DNA of 64,000 nt from Perkinsus chesapeaki ATCC PRA-425 (taxonomy: Eukaryota; Protista; Perkinsozoa): contig JAAPAO010000125.1 of assembly GCA_013115145.1 (NCBI GenBank), positions 1-64,000 on the forward strand, given 5' to 3'. Each line of letters begins with the position of its first letter. Within the stretch, counting starts at the first letter, position 1. The position numbers and the translations under genes are program-made. A model generated the notes under the pieces. That model saw only the letters and a program-made list of their open reading frames with translations. It did no database searches and was not told the DNA's origin. Shown here piece after piece: positions 22,561 to 34,810 of the stretch.

Positions 22561-25500
22561 TGACTTCTCTCTCTGTTACACCTGGAAGCTTAACGAGCTC
22601 TATGCTGGAACGCTCCGATATGATCAATGGTGTGACTCACACCATTGATCGATTCACGTTGCAGAATACATACAGTAATTTTTAAAATATATTTCTCGCT
22701 ATAAAGCCAAATGAAGGAACATGGTTTGTTCAATGCTCGATAAGCCACTGCAGATTTCTGGAGGAAGACCTAAAGAACCAGATGTAAGAGGATACTGAAT
22801 GAGACGTGTATCATACTAAGTAAATATGCAATTGGTTGTGAGGACCGGCGCAGGCCCAGAAAAAAAAGAGCGGCAACAGGCGGACTCTCACTGTATGACA
22901 AACAACACAAGACAATGAATCTTAAGAAAGATGCTCCGTGGACCATTAACTGGCAGCAAAGTGATTGAGTTGATCCAGCTAAACCAAAACTTATGTGGGG
23001 GGAATTCAGCTGGGCAGGATAGGCTGAGATGCAGTTCAAGCCCCTCTCTCTGACGGACGAGCAATCTCGTTAACCCCGCGGCATGGAAGAATCTTCGCTC
23101 AGACTACAAGTGATGAGTTTTCAATTGTGAGACCGGATCTCAGAGACCTCGGGAAAGAAGAATGTTGACTGATAAGACAATAAGTAGTGCCAAGGTGAGC
23201 GTGAATAAAAGAACTCCCCTAATACCATTTAATAATAATCTTTCACGTAGAAGTTATGGGGGATACAAGCACACGCTGGGATTTATTAGTTTCACGCAGA
23301 AGGTGCCTTGAGGGCAGTCCTGACAAGCATGCACCTGCTTAGCGCTTCTCAGTGGCTCATCGGCCGAGCCGTTCCCGTCACCTTTGATGAAGCGCAGAGG
23401 ATCTTGCAGAATTGTCCCGGAGTACTCGCGCATTGGGCTTGACCCCTGGGTGGAGCAGGACAGGCGCCTTGAGGGCATCCTGGTACACACATTACTCCTT
23501 CCAGGAAGTCGTGGAAGAGGTAATGGTCCTAGACTTTTTAATAAGCAGATAACTTTCAAAGCAAGGAAAAGATTCCGAGATTTGAGCTCACATATACGAA
23601 AAATATGTCGAGACTGCCACACGAGCAGCCCTAAATGCGCCTGTTCTTCAACACACATTTACCATCCGGCTTCGAGTAAGCCATACCTATGAGAGAATAT
23701 GAGATATAGTGTATTTGTAAGAGGATAGACGTACTTCTATTGTTAACAAAAGACTGCCTGGACCTTTCGTACCTGATGTGCGACCATCAACGAAATTGGT
23801 GCATGATAGACGGCTCAATTACCCAATCATGCCCGAATCCTTCTGGTATATCGTCTGGATAACGGCAATGCAAGAGACGATAGAGCTGAAAAGCTTCAGA
23901 GCGCCGAACATGTCGCAAATTTGCCTATGCTGACAAGTGTGCTGACAAGTTGCCAGTGGTCGAGTCCGCTGAGTCACTGTTGAACCAACGGCGTTGGTGA
24001 CCTGCCACTGATCTTGCTTCTCCTGTGACAGCGTTCTTGTCTCCTAGATCTGTCGGAATGATGGTAGCTCGAAACTCTTGGAAATTCCAAGTTAGAATGT
24101 CGGGAATGACCACAGTACTGATGGCTAGTGTCGAAATTGCAAAACAACGTTTGGGTAGACTTCCAGAAAGAAATTTGACAGCATTACCATCATGTACTCG
24201 TCTTTGGCAATGCTCACCAAGCAGAAATATGTACTCGCGGCTCCACAGCCTAGATTTGTGGTACCTAGGGCTGTATTATGCACTCATTATCACAACCAAC
24301 CAACCTGCATCACTCTTTACGACCTTAGCGGGTCGGATGAATGCTAGTTCTCTTGATCAGCATCTTCCCGGGTTATCGAATGTCTGAGCTGGAAGAGCTC
24401 GTTAGGTCAGCTCACCAGCTCATCCCCCAACGAGCGCGACGTGATTCGTTAGACGTTACTGAACAAATGAGAGAGGTAAAGAAAGATCCACCCCGGATAG
24501 CTGACTAGAGATATGTGTGCAAGTTGGACTGATCTAGTAGGTTCTGGCATTTATAGGAACAGTCTGTGGACCTGCACGTCCTAATAGCTACTCTCCAAGT
24601 ATGGATTTGAAAGTTAAGACTGAGTCGAAAGAACTACCTCAAATAAGTTTGTTGCTCTACTAACACCGCTCGAAGCCTGCTGCTCAGTTAAAAACGCGAT
24701 TACTGATGGGACTCGCGTGGTTCGCATTACAGACGAGGGTATAATAGATATGAGATCTCCTATAGTTGTCGCCCAGAGGGGGGTAAGAAAAGACAGCAAT
24801 TGTACATAACAGACATGATATGGGCATGGCCTCCTACTCAGGCATCGATCACGATTGAAGGCATCAGGCAAAGGACTATTCTGAAATGCAGTTTGGGACC
24901 AGTCCTCATGATAGCGGCGCCGCACACCAGAGTCACCCTCAAAAATTTAGTAGGTGTTCCGTTTGTTAACCCCAACATTTGATATTGCAGTTTATTATGT
25001 TCTTTTATATTATAAAATAATATAAGCACTGGTTGCCTACTAGTATAAATACTCACCGCGCTACCTGAGACTCTCCAGCGCCACTAAATTTTCCCATTCT
25101 GAATTCAACTGAGCAATACTGAATGCTTATTCAGTGAACCATCATTCAGTGCAGTACGCGACGTCTAGGAATGCGGGGTCAGAAGGAGTAAGAGGCTCGA
25201 GGAGTATAGCTCAGATCATCTTTCTGGAAGAGAAATATATGAAATTACTGTCTTAGAATTTCTCAGAATTTAGTATTGTTACATTATGATTAGGATGCGC
25301 ACTCTCCCGTGTGGTGCTCGTTTAGGTGCTGGATGGGTCACTAGGATCTGGTCGCGAGTCTTCGTACGATGTGGTTGAGTTAACAACTGGAAGGGACGAG
25401 ACTGGAACAGTCGTTGTGAAATTCGAATCGTGCCGCATCGCAAACAGTAAGTCTCTCACAATTTGAATCAAGTTAAAAATGTTATGCTGATATAAATTAT

Positions 25501-25599
25501 GTCACATGGGTTCGGTAGAGGTATTATGGCACATAATGCCTTTCCCGAACCTAGATTGCTCCGTAACTCCGTAGATTAACGTATTACTGAAGGGTATTA

Positions 25600-26060
25600 C
25601 GGCTGCCGCGTGGCTTCCTGTAGGTGCGAGGAATTTGATACGAGTTACCAGTGGAGCAGCAAGTGTGAGCTTGAGTAGGTCGCCTGTATCACCGCCTTCT
25701 TCTCCGTATTATGCTTTCCTCTTTGGTGCAGCTGAATGCGTGCTTGAGAACTGCGATAGTTGCGGCGTTCAAGCCAGCAGCAACGCGGTAGAAATCTCCC
25801 ATGCCACAAAGGTCTAGCGGATAACCTAATCCTTCCAACAGGTTTTCAGTTTGACGGACTGCATGGTGCAATCATGTCGTGGGCCGGCAGCGGTCAGTGT
25901 TGCTGGGCTGGCCAGAGCTGACCTTATTTCGACGCGCATATCAGACAGTAGCTGTAACGCGTAAGCCAAAGCACGTTTGGCTCTTTCAGGTCGAGTAGGA
26001 CTACTGGTAGAGGATACCGCCAGCTTTACTCTGAACAACTCAACAATCACCACCTGCACT
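25600..26060 (-). CDS. Hypothetical protein (multi-exon, boundaries uncertain)
   Basis: Plausible exon VIVELFRVKLAVSSTSSPTRPERAKRALAYALQLLSDMRVEIRSAL...; no recognisable domain. Confidence 0.3.
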
Positions 26061-26349
26061 CAGGGTGTCTTAGTCAACGGTGGGGCATTCAACTATCATG
26101 ACCAAAGGATTATCAAAGGCACCCAATACTGAATTTCGACGTGGTTGCGTAGCTATACATATTCAGACTCGACAATACACCTCAATAAACATGGACTATT
26201 GGTTCGTGGTGGCGCAATCATTACCGTTAAGGAGGGATGTAAGTTCGAGTCTACTTGGGTTTCGAGAGGTCGACTTATCATGGCCCGTTGCACGTGAAGT
26301 CAGTACAGTTTACGTCACACTGTAGCTTACACTTGATATGTACGACCAA

Positions 26350-29300
26350 TGATGAGATGCCCTTCAACTGACTACCTCACGCTCATTCAAAATTTGGATG
26401 AGCATTAGGTAGTCAGTTCCTAATTCGGGTTGCTATAAAGGAGTATTTGGATCTCGAATACTTCTTCAATGAAGAATCTTCTAGTACAGGTTAGTACGCA
26501 TTAAGGCGCTGCAGTTTCCAACATTCATATCCTCACACCGTCTGCAGTCTTAACAAGACTCTTGAGAAAGCTTATGTGGTCTCCAATAGGTATTATATGC
26601 CACAACTGCGATACAGCCAGGACAACCTCCAACGACGGGTTGCAGGAAAACGTTGTAAGCGGAGACGCCTTGCCTCAGTGTCCCCCTGCTTCCTTCCAAG
26701 ACTATTAGTCAGTCAAACTACTAGCCCGTAGATAACCGACGTTGGAACTGGATCTGCAATGCTTGTGGACTATCCGCTGCCACCGGTGACACAGACGGGC
26801 GGTGCACTTATTACCGTAGGCTCATTCCCTCAACCAGCCTGCGCACAACTAGCAGTGCAGGTATTGCATATGGATAACTCTGGCCGAGCCCTGGTTGAAG
26901 CCTTCGCACATGGCTGCCAAACCCGAGGAAAGTGCCAACTTTTCGGGTGTTTGCCGATCGGCATCGAGAAACGTGGAACTAATGGCCGTGATAAGTGAAG
27001 CGGGCCCTCGAGAGATCATTCAAAAAGCCTCTAATATTTGTCTTGGGTTTAGAGACCAACCTAGCTGAGTTAATCAAATTGTGTACTTTGCATTATTGCG
27101 GTTTCGCTCATGCTGGCAAGAGCCGATAAGCAATAGGTTCGGAATTTATCGCCGGGTGATACAGGAAGTAAGTTGGAACATTTACCTGGAGCCACCACTG
27201 GTCTAGTCGTATGTTAAGAAGTAGACTATTTGCTCATGTCACGACGACCCGGCAAATCGTTTGCACAAGGCAACTCAGGAGATCAATTGAGAGATGACAG
27301 CGACAACATATCACTCCCTCAAGTACGTCGTAAAGCTCGGAGAGGCCCGCTACCGTGAACCAAGCATTATGAGCTTGAAGCTTCGTGTTGTGCCTCTTCG
27401 TCCTGTGTACGAGTCTGGATGACGTATGACCTTAACTGCACCTAGAGTCCTATACAACCTGCCAAGACGTGATATTATATTCTTATTTGGCAGGCTGCAG
27501 TTAGCTGCTACTCCGCATGTGAAGTTTACCTCAGATGCCTAGAGACTCTACCACTGGGAGAGCCAGGCAACAGCTGCTTGCGGAGCTAGGGTTCACTGGA
27601 CAATCAGCCTTCACTGACCTTGTGAACGACGATCCAGAACTCCTCCTCGCTTCGGGCGCCTCATCGGCTGCTATTATCGACCGGTACTGAAGTCTGATCC
27701 ATATGACTTACAAAACATTGATACTAATCGATTTGATAGATATCGAGTCATTGAGAAAAAGCTCCGCGAGAAAGAGAGGGAAGTGGACAACTTACGGGCG
27801 GACAACGGACATCTGAGGACGGAGGTCAGTAGATGGTGGGGTTTCCCGAACCGCCGTTCCTCCCAGCTCGCAAACACAGCCGGTCCTCCATCTCGTAGCT
27901 CTGATAATAGAGCTCTGATAAAAACACAGATGGGGCTTCTCAAGTAAGGTTTGTAACAGGAGCTTTGGGGCCGCCTTAGGCGCTAGCAGTGTCCTAGCCA
28001 TCCATTATACTTCGTCAGGCGTGAAATCGTTTCCCAGCGAGAGGCGATTGCTCAGATGAGCTGGAAGGAACAGTGGATGCAGAATTGCATACAATGGTGA
28101 GCATACTTTACTTCAGTGACATCTGTGTGCTTATGTTACATTAGCACGTAGCATTATAAATTCACGCTCAAGTTATTACAAGTTCTACAATTCACAACTC
28201 CTAAATGACCTTCTTCAGGTATTCAGCAAAGTCTGGGTTAGGGCTTCCAAAAGAGCTGGTGAATATGCCGGCCAGAGAGGCAAAACCAGCATCAACTTCA
28301 TTCGCCGAGGTGAAAGCTCACACGCCACGAGCTGTGGCCGGGCCACAGCCGCACAGCTTCTCCGACGCTGTTGCATTCGCTCTCGGCCCCACATCAATAA
28401 TTGCCACTGTTCCTCGAGTAGATGGGGAGTCTGGATCAGCTTCTCCAAGAGACACATACTCATTAACTTGTTTGGCTGCTAACATCCTGTCATATTAGGT
28501 AGATAAGGACATTGCCGAGATTGAGGCAATCTACCGGCAGAGGAAACTAGACCAGACACATGGAGGACAGCCGGCAGAAACTCTCAACCGTCAAGAAGGC
28601 CGGGTAGAAATGACTTCTGTGCACGACGGTCTTGGTATAGCACACCACACTGTATACGCTGCGCTTAATAGAAGATGCTCACTTAACTTGTTTTGAGGAA
28701 TGACCAAGGATGTGAATCTTGTAGGCTCGATCGAGTGTGGCTTCTAGTGACGCCCGAGGGGACGAACCGGACGAGGGCTCAAAAGTTAGGAAGCTCACCG
28801 AGAAGTACAAGGTGAAAAGGGGGACTCTGATTTCCGTTCGGAGCTTATTTTCCATGCAAAGGCTATGTTGGCTCAGAACCTTCGAAGGCTGTATAATAAG
28901 GCCCTGGAGGACCTCGAGCAAGCTACACGTGCTACTCCATCCCAGACGGTACATGGTGACCATATGAACACTATGACGTTCACAAGACAGGCTAGGTCTG
29001 ATCTCCAAGTGCGATAAAGACAGCTTCTTCTGTGGCATATGATAGAAAAGAGCATTTTGCCTTCTAGGCTTTGAAGAAGGTGGTCACCGCTGAGCTAGCA
29101 AACACATATGCATTCCTTGAGAAACGGTGCCAAAAGATCGAGACTGCTGCAGACGACCGAGTAAAAGCTGGTATCTATAGATATAGGCTATATCATATAG
29201 TCTCTCGCGCAGCGTCGCCTGGCTCTTTTCGGAGAATACAGTTACATAATCGAACCAGGTAACGCGATTGCTAGCTAAGCTAGCAGAGGAGTCGAAACGA

Positions 29301-30972
29301 CGGCGAGAGTTACATAATAAAGTTCAGGAGCTACGTGGAAATATCAGGGTCTTTGTTCGTGTGAGGCATCTCCCATAGCTGCGTCAGAGGACACAGGAGA
29401 TCCACAGGTGCGCCCTCTATTGGAGAGGGAGAAGGATGGGAGTTGCACTAGCTGTCCTGATATTGACACTGTACAAATATTCAATCATGATATGGGCACC
29501 GCGAAGAAGTGGGAGTTTGATAGGGTATTCAATGACAAAGCTGGCCAGGTGGGTTACTCAACGTGATGGATGACTCGTGACTGTACGATGCGACAGAGCC
29601 TTCTGGCACAGTGTGTGGATTTCAGGCCGATGTATTCTCTGAGGTGAAGCCATTGGTTGTTTCTGCCATGGATGGGTACAATGTCTGCATTTTCGCTTAC
29701 GGGCAGACTGGCAGCGGCAAAACTCACACAATGCAGGTAGAGGGAGTAAAGGCTGTAGAACAACATATTGGTTGAATACCATCGCAACTCAGGGCACACC
29801 TGAGCAGCCAGGACTGTACCAGAGGACGATCGCTGAGCTTTTCGAGGTTACGACTAGCAGGCGATGATTGTAGCCTAAGAGTTGACCTTACACAGGTTGT
29901 CAAAAGCAGACGAGATGCCTGGACGTATAGATTGTCCGCATCGGTCATCGAAATATACAATGAAGAGATACGTGATTTGCTAGTCGAGAGTAGCAATAAA
30001 GGAAATTTCAAGCCCAAAGTGAGAGATTCAATCATGCAGTAGATTGAGAAAGCGAGCCGAAGTGAGCTGTGACAAATGAGCCTGGCCCGATTCGAACGGA
30101 CAACCGTCTGATCTGGAGTCAGATGCTCTACCGTTGAGCCACAAGCCCAATTAAATTTTAGCTTTTCCGTTGGGTTTCGCCTGCAGGCAAACTCGACTAC
30201 AGGTTCAGCTCACTTCTTCCGCTGAAGGGCCTGTAAGCCATATCCCTGGTCTCACATGGTTATCAGTAATTTCTCCAGAAGACGTTCACACGATACTCCA
30301 AAAAGGTTACTGCGCTGTTGTTGAAGCGATTGAAAACCTCTCAGGTTGGGAAGCTAGGGCTGTTGGCTCAACTAACATGAATGAGCAGTCGTCAAGATCA
30401 CACATGATAGTATCGATCCGAGCAGACATAGGCACTCCTGGGGGCGAGAAATTATCCTCCAAAATTAACTTGGTGGATCTTGCAGGAAGCGAACGCCTGC
30501 GGAAGAGCGGTGAGCCGGCAGGCCGCCGCTGATGTTGCCCTTATAAGCCCGTGCTGAGCTGCTCGTTCCGTCGAAGGGCTAATATTTCTCAGGGGCGACA
30601 GGACAGCGACAAAAAGAAGCCGTGGCAATTAATAAATCCCTGAGCGCTCTTGGGGACGTGATCAGCGCTCGGGTCACGAAAACCCAACACGTTCCGTACA
30701 GGTATAAATTGAATCACGCTTCACATCATCGCCAGGTTTCAGGAATTCAGTGCTGACCTCGGTCTTGAGTGAGAGCCTTGGAGGTGATTCCAAGACGGTC
30801 ATGCTCCTCCAGATAGACCCTTCGCTTGTATGCACTCGGGGCTAATACCCCTATGTCTCAGCGACTTCTTTAGAACTCGTTCGATGAGTCCAGCAATTCC
30901 CTTAATTTCGGCTCTCGAGTGAGCGCAGTGGAGATGAAGATCGTTGACCCTCGCAAAAAGCTGAGCTCATGA
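26350..30972 (+). CDS. Kinesin-14 (C-terminal motor, KIFC/KAR3-like) with a long N-terminal coiled-coil region; start approximate
   Basis: Neck [21 protein letters not shown]; P-loop [14 protein letters not shown]; [14 protein letters not shown]; NEQSSRSH; LVDLAGSER; [14 protein letters not shown]; [13 protein letters not shown]; SLNFGSRV. Confidence 0.95.
29180..29201. mobile_element. hAT-type excision footprint (near-perfect), in a kinesin intron
   Basis: g-ATATAG-g-CTATAT-c-ATATAG-t. The three D copies are exact; the second loop base is as predicted, the first is g instead of a. Confidence 0.65.
30077..30148 (-). tRNA. tRNA-Trp(CCA), antisense within a kinesin-14 intron
   Basis: GGGCTTG-TG-GCTC AACGGT AGAGC-A-TCTGA CTCCAGA TCAGA-CGGTT-GTCCG TTCGAAT CGGGC-CAGGCTC-A. 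The host intron starts at GTGAGA (30019). Confidence 0.97.
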
Positions 30973-31755
30973 TACATGCGGTTGCTCAGCCAGTCTTGAT
31001 GAAGATTCTTACGACGCAAGTCTTGCGTTCGGTCAATATTCATTGCTGAACATTCAAGCATTCACTTTCTACTGCGTAGAGGAGCCTGGCAAGCTTTGGG
31101 AGCGGAGTGGTATTCCTACCCACCCCTACGTGATATATCTGCGACGCGTTTGCATGCACAGCTCGTTGCTTTTCCTCATTGGAGCCCATTTGTCTTAGTT
31201 CCCTACTCACACTTTTTCTCACTAGTACGGCGGAGCAACCAAGAAGCTGCGTGGCACGCAGTGCGTGCCCGCCACGCCGTGAGGCCACAGTACGTATGGC
31301 CTCGTGCTACTTTTATACCTCTAATGCATGTCAAGCATTGAGGGGGGGGGTACGCTTCAGTTCTTTAAAAATCTGACGGATTCAATCCGGTCATTGCCGA
31401 GCGACTAGTGAAAGCCTTTAATAAGCTCTTCCAGATTTCGGCATGATACAACCGACTGGAGGCGCTAAGTGCACAAACTTTGCACAAGGCTTATAATAAA
31501 CTTGGTTAAATGAAGGACTGCCCTTCTAAGTTGCACCCTCTGGGAGCGAGAAGCGTTTTTTCCAATGGCATATTTCCGGTCAGCATATTTAAAACTACAA
31601 GTAGAAGACTGGCATTTCTATTACCAGAAGCAATTCCACATCGACGGTGCTACACAGTGTGGCCCACACTCTTCACACTGGCCTGAACAGTTACATGACT
31701 GTTACATGTAACAGTTACTCCACTTCACAGTTATACAGGAATCGATAGTCGCTTA

Positions 31756-31777
31756 CTGCACACTGTGCAGTGCACAG
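31756..31777. mobile_element. hAT-type excision footprint (perfect)
   Basis: c-TGCACA-c-TGTGCA-g-TGCACA-g; target CTGCACAG. Confidence 0.85.
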
Positions 31778-32267
31778 TTCACACTGGAGACCAAGCATCG
31801 GCGACCCGCAAGCGGAATGACGGAACGAGTTGCATTGGCGGTCTCGACGGCTGCGCCTGTCGGGCAAGTTGTCAGTGACAACTTATGAATGGAAGGAGGG
31901 GTTGTAAAAGGAATACAAAACATCGTTGATGAACACTACGTTTTCAACCAAGGCAGGATCGCTCCGAGGCTGCCTTAGTGGCCTGCCGCTACGGAGTTCT
32001 CCTTGTCATTGCTCATTCTCTTCGTTGTCTCGCTCGTTCTCATTGGCTAAATGCCGGAGGTGAAGAACTAATTCAATGGGCTCCTCTACGGCGGTGACTT
32101 AGTGTCTTCGAACTGGCAGTAGTTGCAGACAGGACAATGGCTAAGCAAACCCCGCTTGATGTTCAAACCTTGCAAACGGCCTGTGTGTGAGTTCATAGCT
32201 CAACGCCAAAAGTGGCTTCGTTAGACTATCAATTCTAATTTGCGTGCGACTTTCGGGATAGTTTAAT

Positions 32268-32289
32268 ACCTATAGTATAGGTCCTATAC
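32268..32289. mobile_element. hAT-type excision footprint (perfect)
   Basis: a-CCTATA-g-TATAGG-t-CCTATA-c; target ACCTATAC. Confidence 0.85.
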
Positions 32290-32683
32290 CGTTTTTGTCA
32301 CTGTCTGGTTCAACGAGAAGAGTGTAGCTGGTGTTGAGATGTCTTAATGTTCGTAGCAGAACGCCTGTGATAAAGTGGATCCTGCAAAGATTCTTGCTTC
32401 CCCGGGAGATCGCGCAGTCTTGCTCGCTGGTCGTGTGACACGACTCGTCACGAGACACGAGGGCTGATAGTATGCAAATTCTTATGAGGATATTCACATA
32501 TCATAGAGTGCTGGCTATGAGGCTAATCATAGTGACCCGATATTATGTTGAACTGCACACAAGACGATACTCCTCAAGAGACTATTCTCGGTGAACCATT
32601 TACTAGTGAAAATGAGCTAATACAGCAGCTGTAGCTGACTGCACAGGGTTAGCTGAAATACGATTAAAGATCCTTCGCTTCGC

Positions 32684-32705
32684 ATAGTATCATACTATTA
32701 GTATG
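32684..32705. mobile_element. hAT-type excision footprint (perfect)
   Basis: a-TAGTAT-c-ATACTA-t-TAGTAT-g; target ATAGTATG. Confidence 0.85.
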
Positions 32706-32884
32706 GGACGTTCGCCCTCGTTAGTCCACATACTGAGCACACCAAATAGAGTTCTAAGACTAATAGGAGAGAGTCAATAACAGAAGAATAAAGAGGATAA
32801 TGAGTGGGAGAAAAATGAGGATCGACTGTTCGCACTTCTTGAGTGATGAGGCACTCACTAGGACCCTCTCATGTAAAATCCAAG

Positions 32885-33515
32885 TCATGGACTATACAAG
32901 CATATGTTCGGAGGTATTAGGTCTTTGGTACAATAGCTTCCGTTCGGGCAGTCCTAAATCCAGCCACTCTGCAGGCTAGAGCGGCAGAGTTACCTTTAAC
33001 GAGTAGCAGGGCATGACACATGATTTCCATTCCTGTGAACCCATGCAGGTGGCTTTGCCGACTGGTGGGGGAATGCACGCACTTGTAGAGCATCCTGGTA
33101 CGCACATCACACCTCTGAGTTTATGCCACCAGAGGGTTCTCTCCTAACATAGTCAGAGATGCTTGAAACCATTTGAAATCCGTGGGACCAGCTTACGATG
33201 TAATAGACCAAGTTAAGTTTGCCACTGCACGAGCAGCCTTCAACCTTCGTTCCACGGCCCAATTTACATTTGCCATTTGGTCTCTTGTAGGCCATACCTA
33301 CTTCCAAGAGTCATAAAATGTCAAAAGCTGGACTTACTCTCATTATTAGCAGCATACTCTCCGGTCACCATGAACCTGATTGAGACACTTAATGAAATGC
33401 GGGCCATAACAGACCGCTGGCTTACTCAGACTCGCCTGAATCCACCTGGTACATCAACTGGGTAACGGCCGTGCATGCGACTATAACAGTCAACAGATTC
33501 AGAACTCGGAACATG
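32885..33515 (-). CDS. Small Cys-rich secreted protein, paralog 3; apparent +1 frameshift in the signal peptide
   Basis: MFRVL(+1 nt)ILLTVIVACTAVTQLMYQVDSGE|FMVTGEYAANNES|MAYKRPNGKCKLGRGTKVEGCSCSG..|..HKLRGVMCVPGCSTSACIPPPVGKATCMGSQEWKSCVMPCYSLK|DCPNGSYCTKDLIPPNICLYSP*. Confidence 0.75.
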
Positions 33516-33559
33516 CTGCAACTCGAGCGATGCTGACCGAGGGCAAAGTATTCAGTGGC

Positions 33560-34450
33560 GTCTCGCCTATGGTGACTCCCCATTGGTGACATCTCCTCTG
33601 TGACCGGGTTCCTGTCTTCTCCTGTCGCTTGTCAACTGGAGCCCCACTACTACTGGGTCAGTATTGCTGACTCAGTACCCCAGTCTCAAAGGATGAGAGT
33701 TCTTCTTTTGCTGGGAATTCAGTTCCTAGTCAAAGCAGGGAATGCTTGGCTTCCAAAACTTGAGAACCGAACAAACAACCCTTGAGTTGAGGTTAACACA
33801 GCCTCACGATAGTAAAGTTGCAGCTTGCAACACGACTCATCATCGCTAAGCAGTAAGGGTGTATGACATGGATAAACATGGAGACTCCATGATGGAGTAT
33901 AAATATTATTATTTAGAGCACCCTGGTGCAATCTGGACAGAACCTACAAAGACGAGCGCGAGACAGAACATCGCCATTGCCTCAAGCTCTCCGAGTCCCA
34001 GCCTGCCATTCGCCTTCTGCCAGAAATCTTCTGGTGCTGACTCCAGGTTCAAGCCCCTCACACTGAGTGAAACCACTCATCACATTGAGAGGGAAGGATG
34101 GTTCTTTTAGAACGCTTCATGAGGCCGTGAATACTTCTTCGCTCCAACTTGGGTCTTCCCAAGTCTCACCCTGCGACATCCAATGAGGATTCTGCCTGGG
34201 GAGCTCCATTGCTCGTGGCATATTAGGCAGCTCCTCGTCCAGTGACTGGACTCCAGTCCTATGAGAGGACTCCTCCCGCCTCCCGATTTATCTGCAAGTC
34301 ATACTTGCCACTCGCAAGTTGCGGGCTGCACGGAGTTCGAGTACGAATTCGTTTGCGGATTTGATTAGATGACTCGGCAAACCCTTTCTCTTCAAGTTTT
34401 TGTATGGTCTTTCAAGGCAAGATTCCGTCCTTTGCATCCGCCGCGGCCCG
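33560..34450 (-). CDS. Hypothetical protein (multi-exon, boundaries uncertain)
   Basis: GT-AG-bounded open exons such as VQSLDEELPNMPRAMELPRQNPHWMSQ, GLNLESAPEDFWQKANGRLG and GTEFPAKEELSSFETG. Confidence 0.3.
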
Positions 34451-34474
34451 CGGATGATCGGCGTCAACTATGTC

Positions 34475-34496
34475 GACAGCTCAGCTGTGACAGCTG
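34475..34496. mobile_element. hAT-type excision footprint (near-perfect)
   Basis: g-ACAGCT-c-AGCTGT-g-ACAGCT-g. The first loop base is as predicted; the second is g instead of c. Confidence 0.55.
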
Positions 34497-34522
34497 CCGC
34501 ACACCTGTAGCAGGTACTGTAT

Positions 34523-34544
34523 ACTATACGGTATAGTCTATACC
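34523..34544. mobile_element. hAT-type excision footprint (perfect)
   Basis: a-CTATAC-g-GTATAG-t-CTATAC-c; target ACTATACC. Confidence 0.85.
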
Positions 34545-34810
34545 TCCATGTGCGAGACGCTCCGTGGGAACCCCCGGACCGAACCCATGGAAGTGATAGA
34601 CAATGGTAACTGTCCATTAACTGTGTACCAAGCCGAAATGCAGAAATGCTGTGTTTCTCTCAGTGTGACAGTGGAATGTGTAACAGTGTGAATTCCGCAC
34701 ACATTTAAGGGCGAGCGATATGATTCTTGTGGGTCACCGGGCGCATGATAAAAAGCGCTCGCCACAAAATTAACTTACCGTGGAGATGTCGTGCGTACTA
34801 TGCTTTCCAG

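Noticed and set aside
27674-28463. Minus-strand ORFs 27674-27943, 27792-28001 and 28215-28463
   Set aside because: They overlap + strand kinesin coiled-coil exons that have proper splice sites.
29274-29290. TGCTAGCT-a-AGCTAGCA palindrome
   Set aside because: It lies in conserved kinesin coding sequence (LLAKLAE), has no third D copy, and about one 8-bp arm is expected by chance per window.
32430-32461. G-TCGTGT-g-ACACGA-c-TCGT.. partial triplet
   Set aside because: The third copy is incomplete and requires a 2-nt deletion; plausible but not counted.
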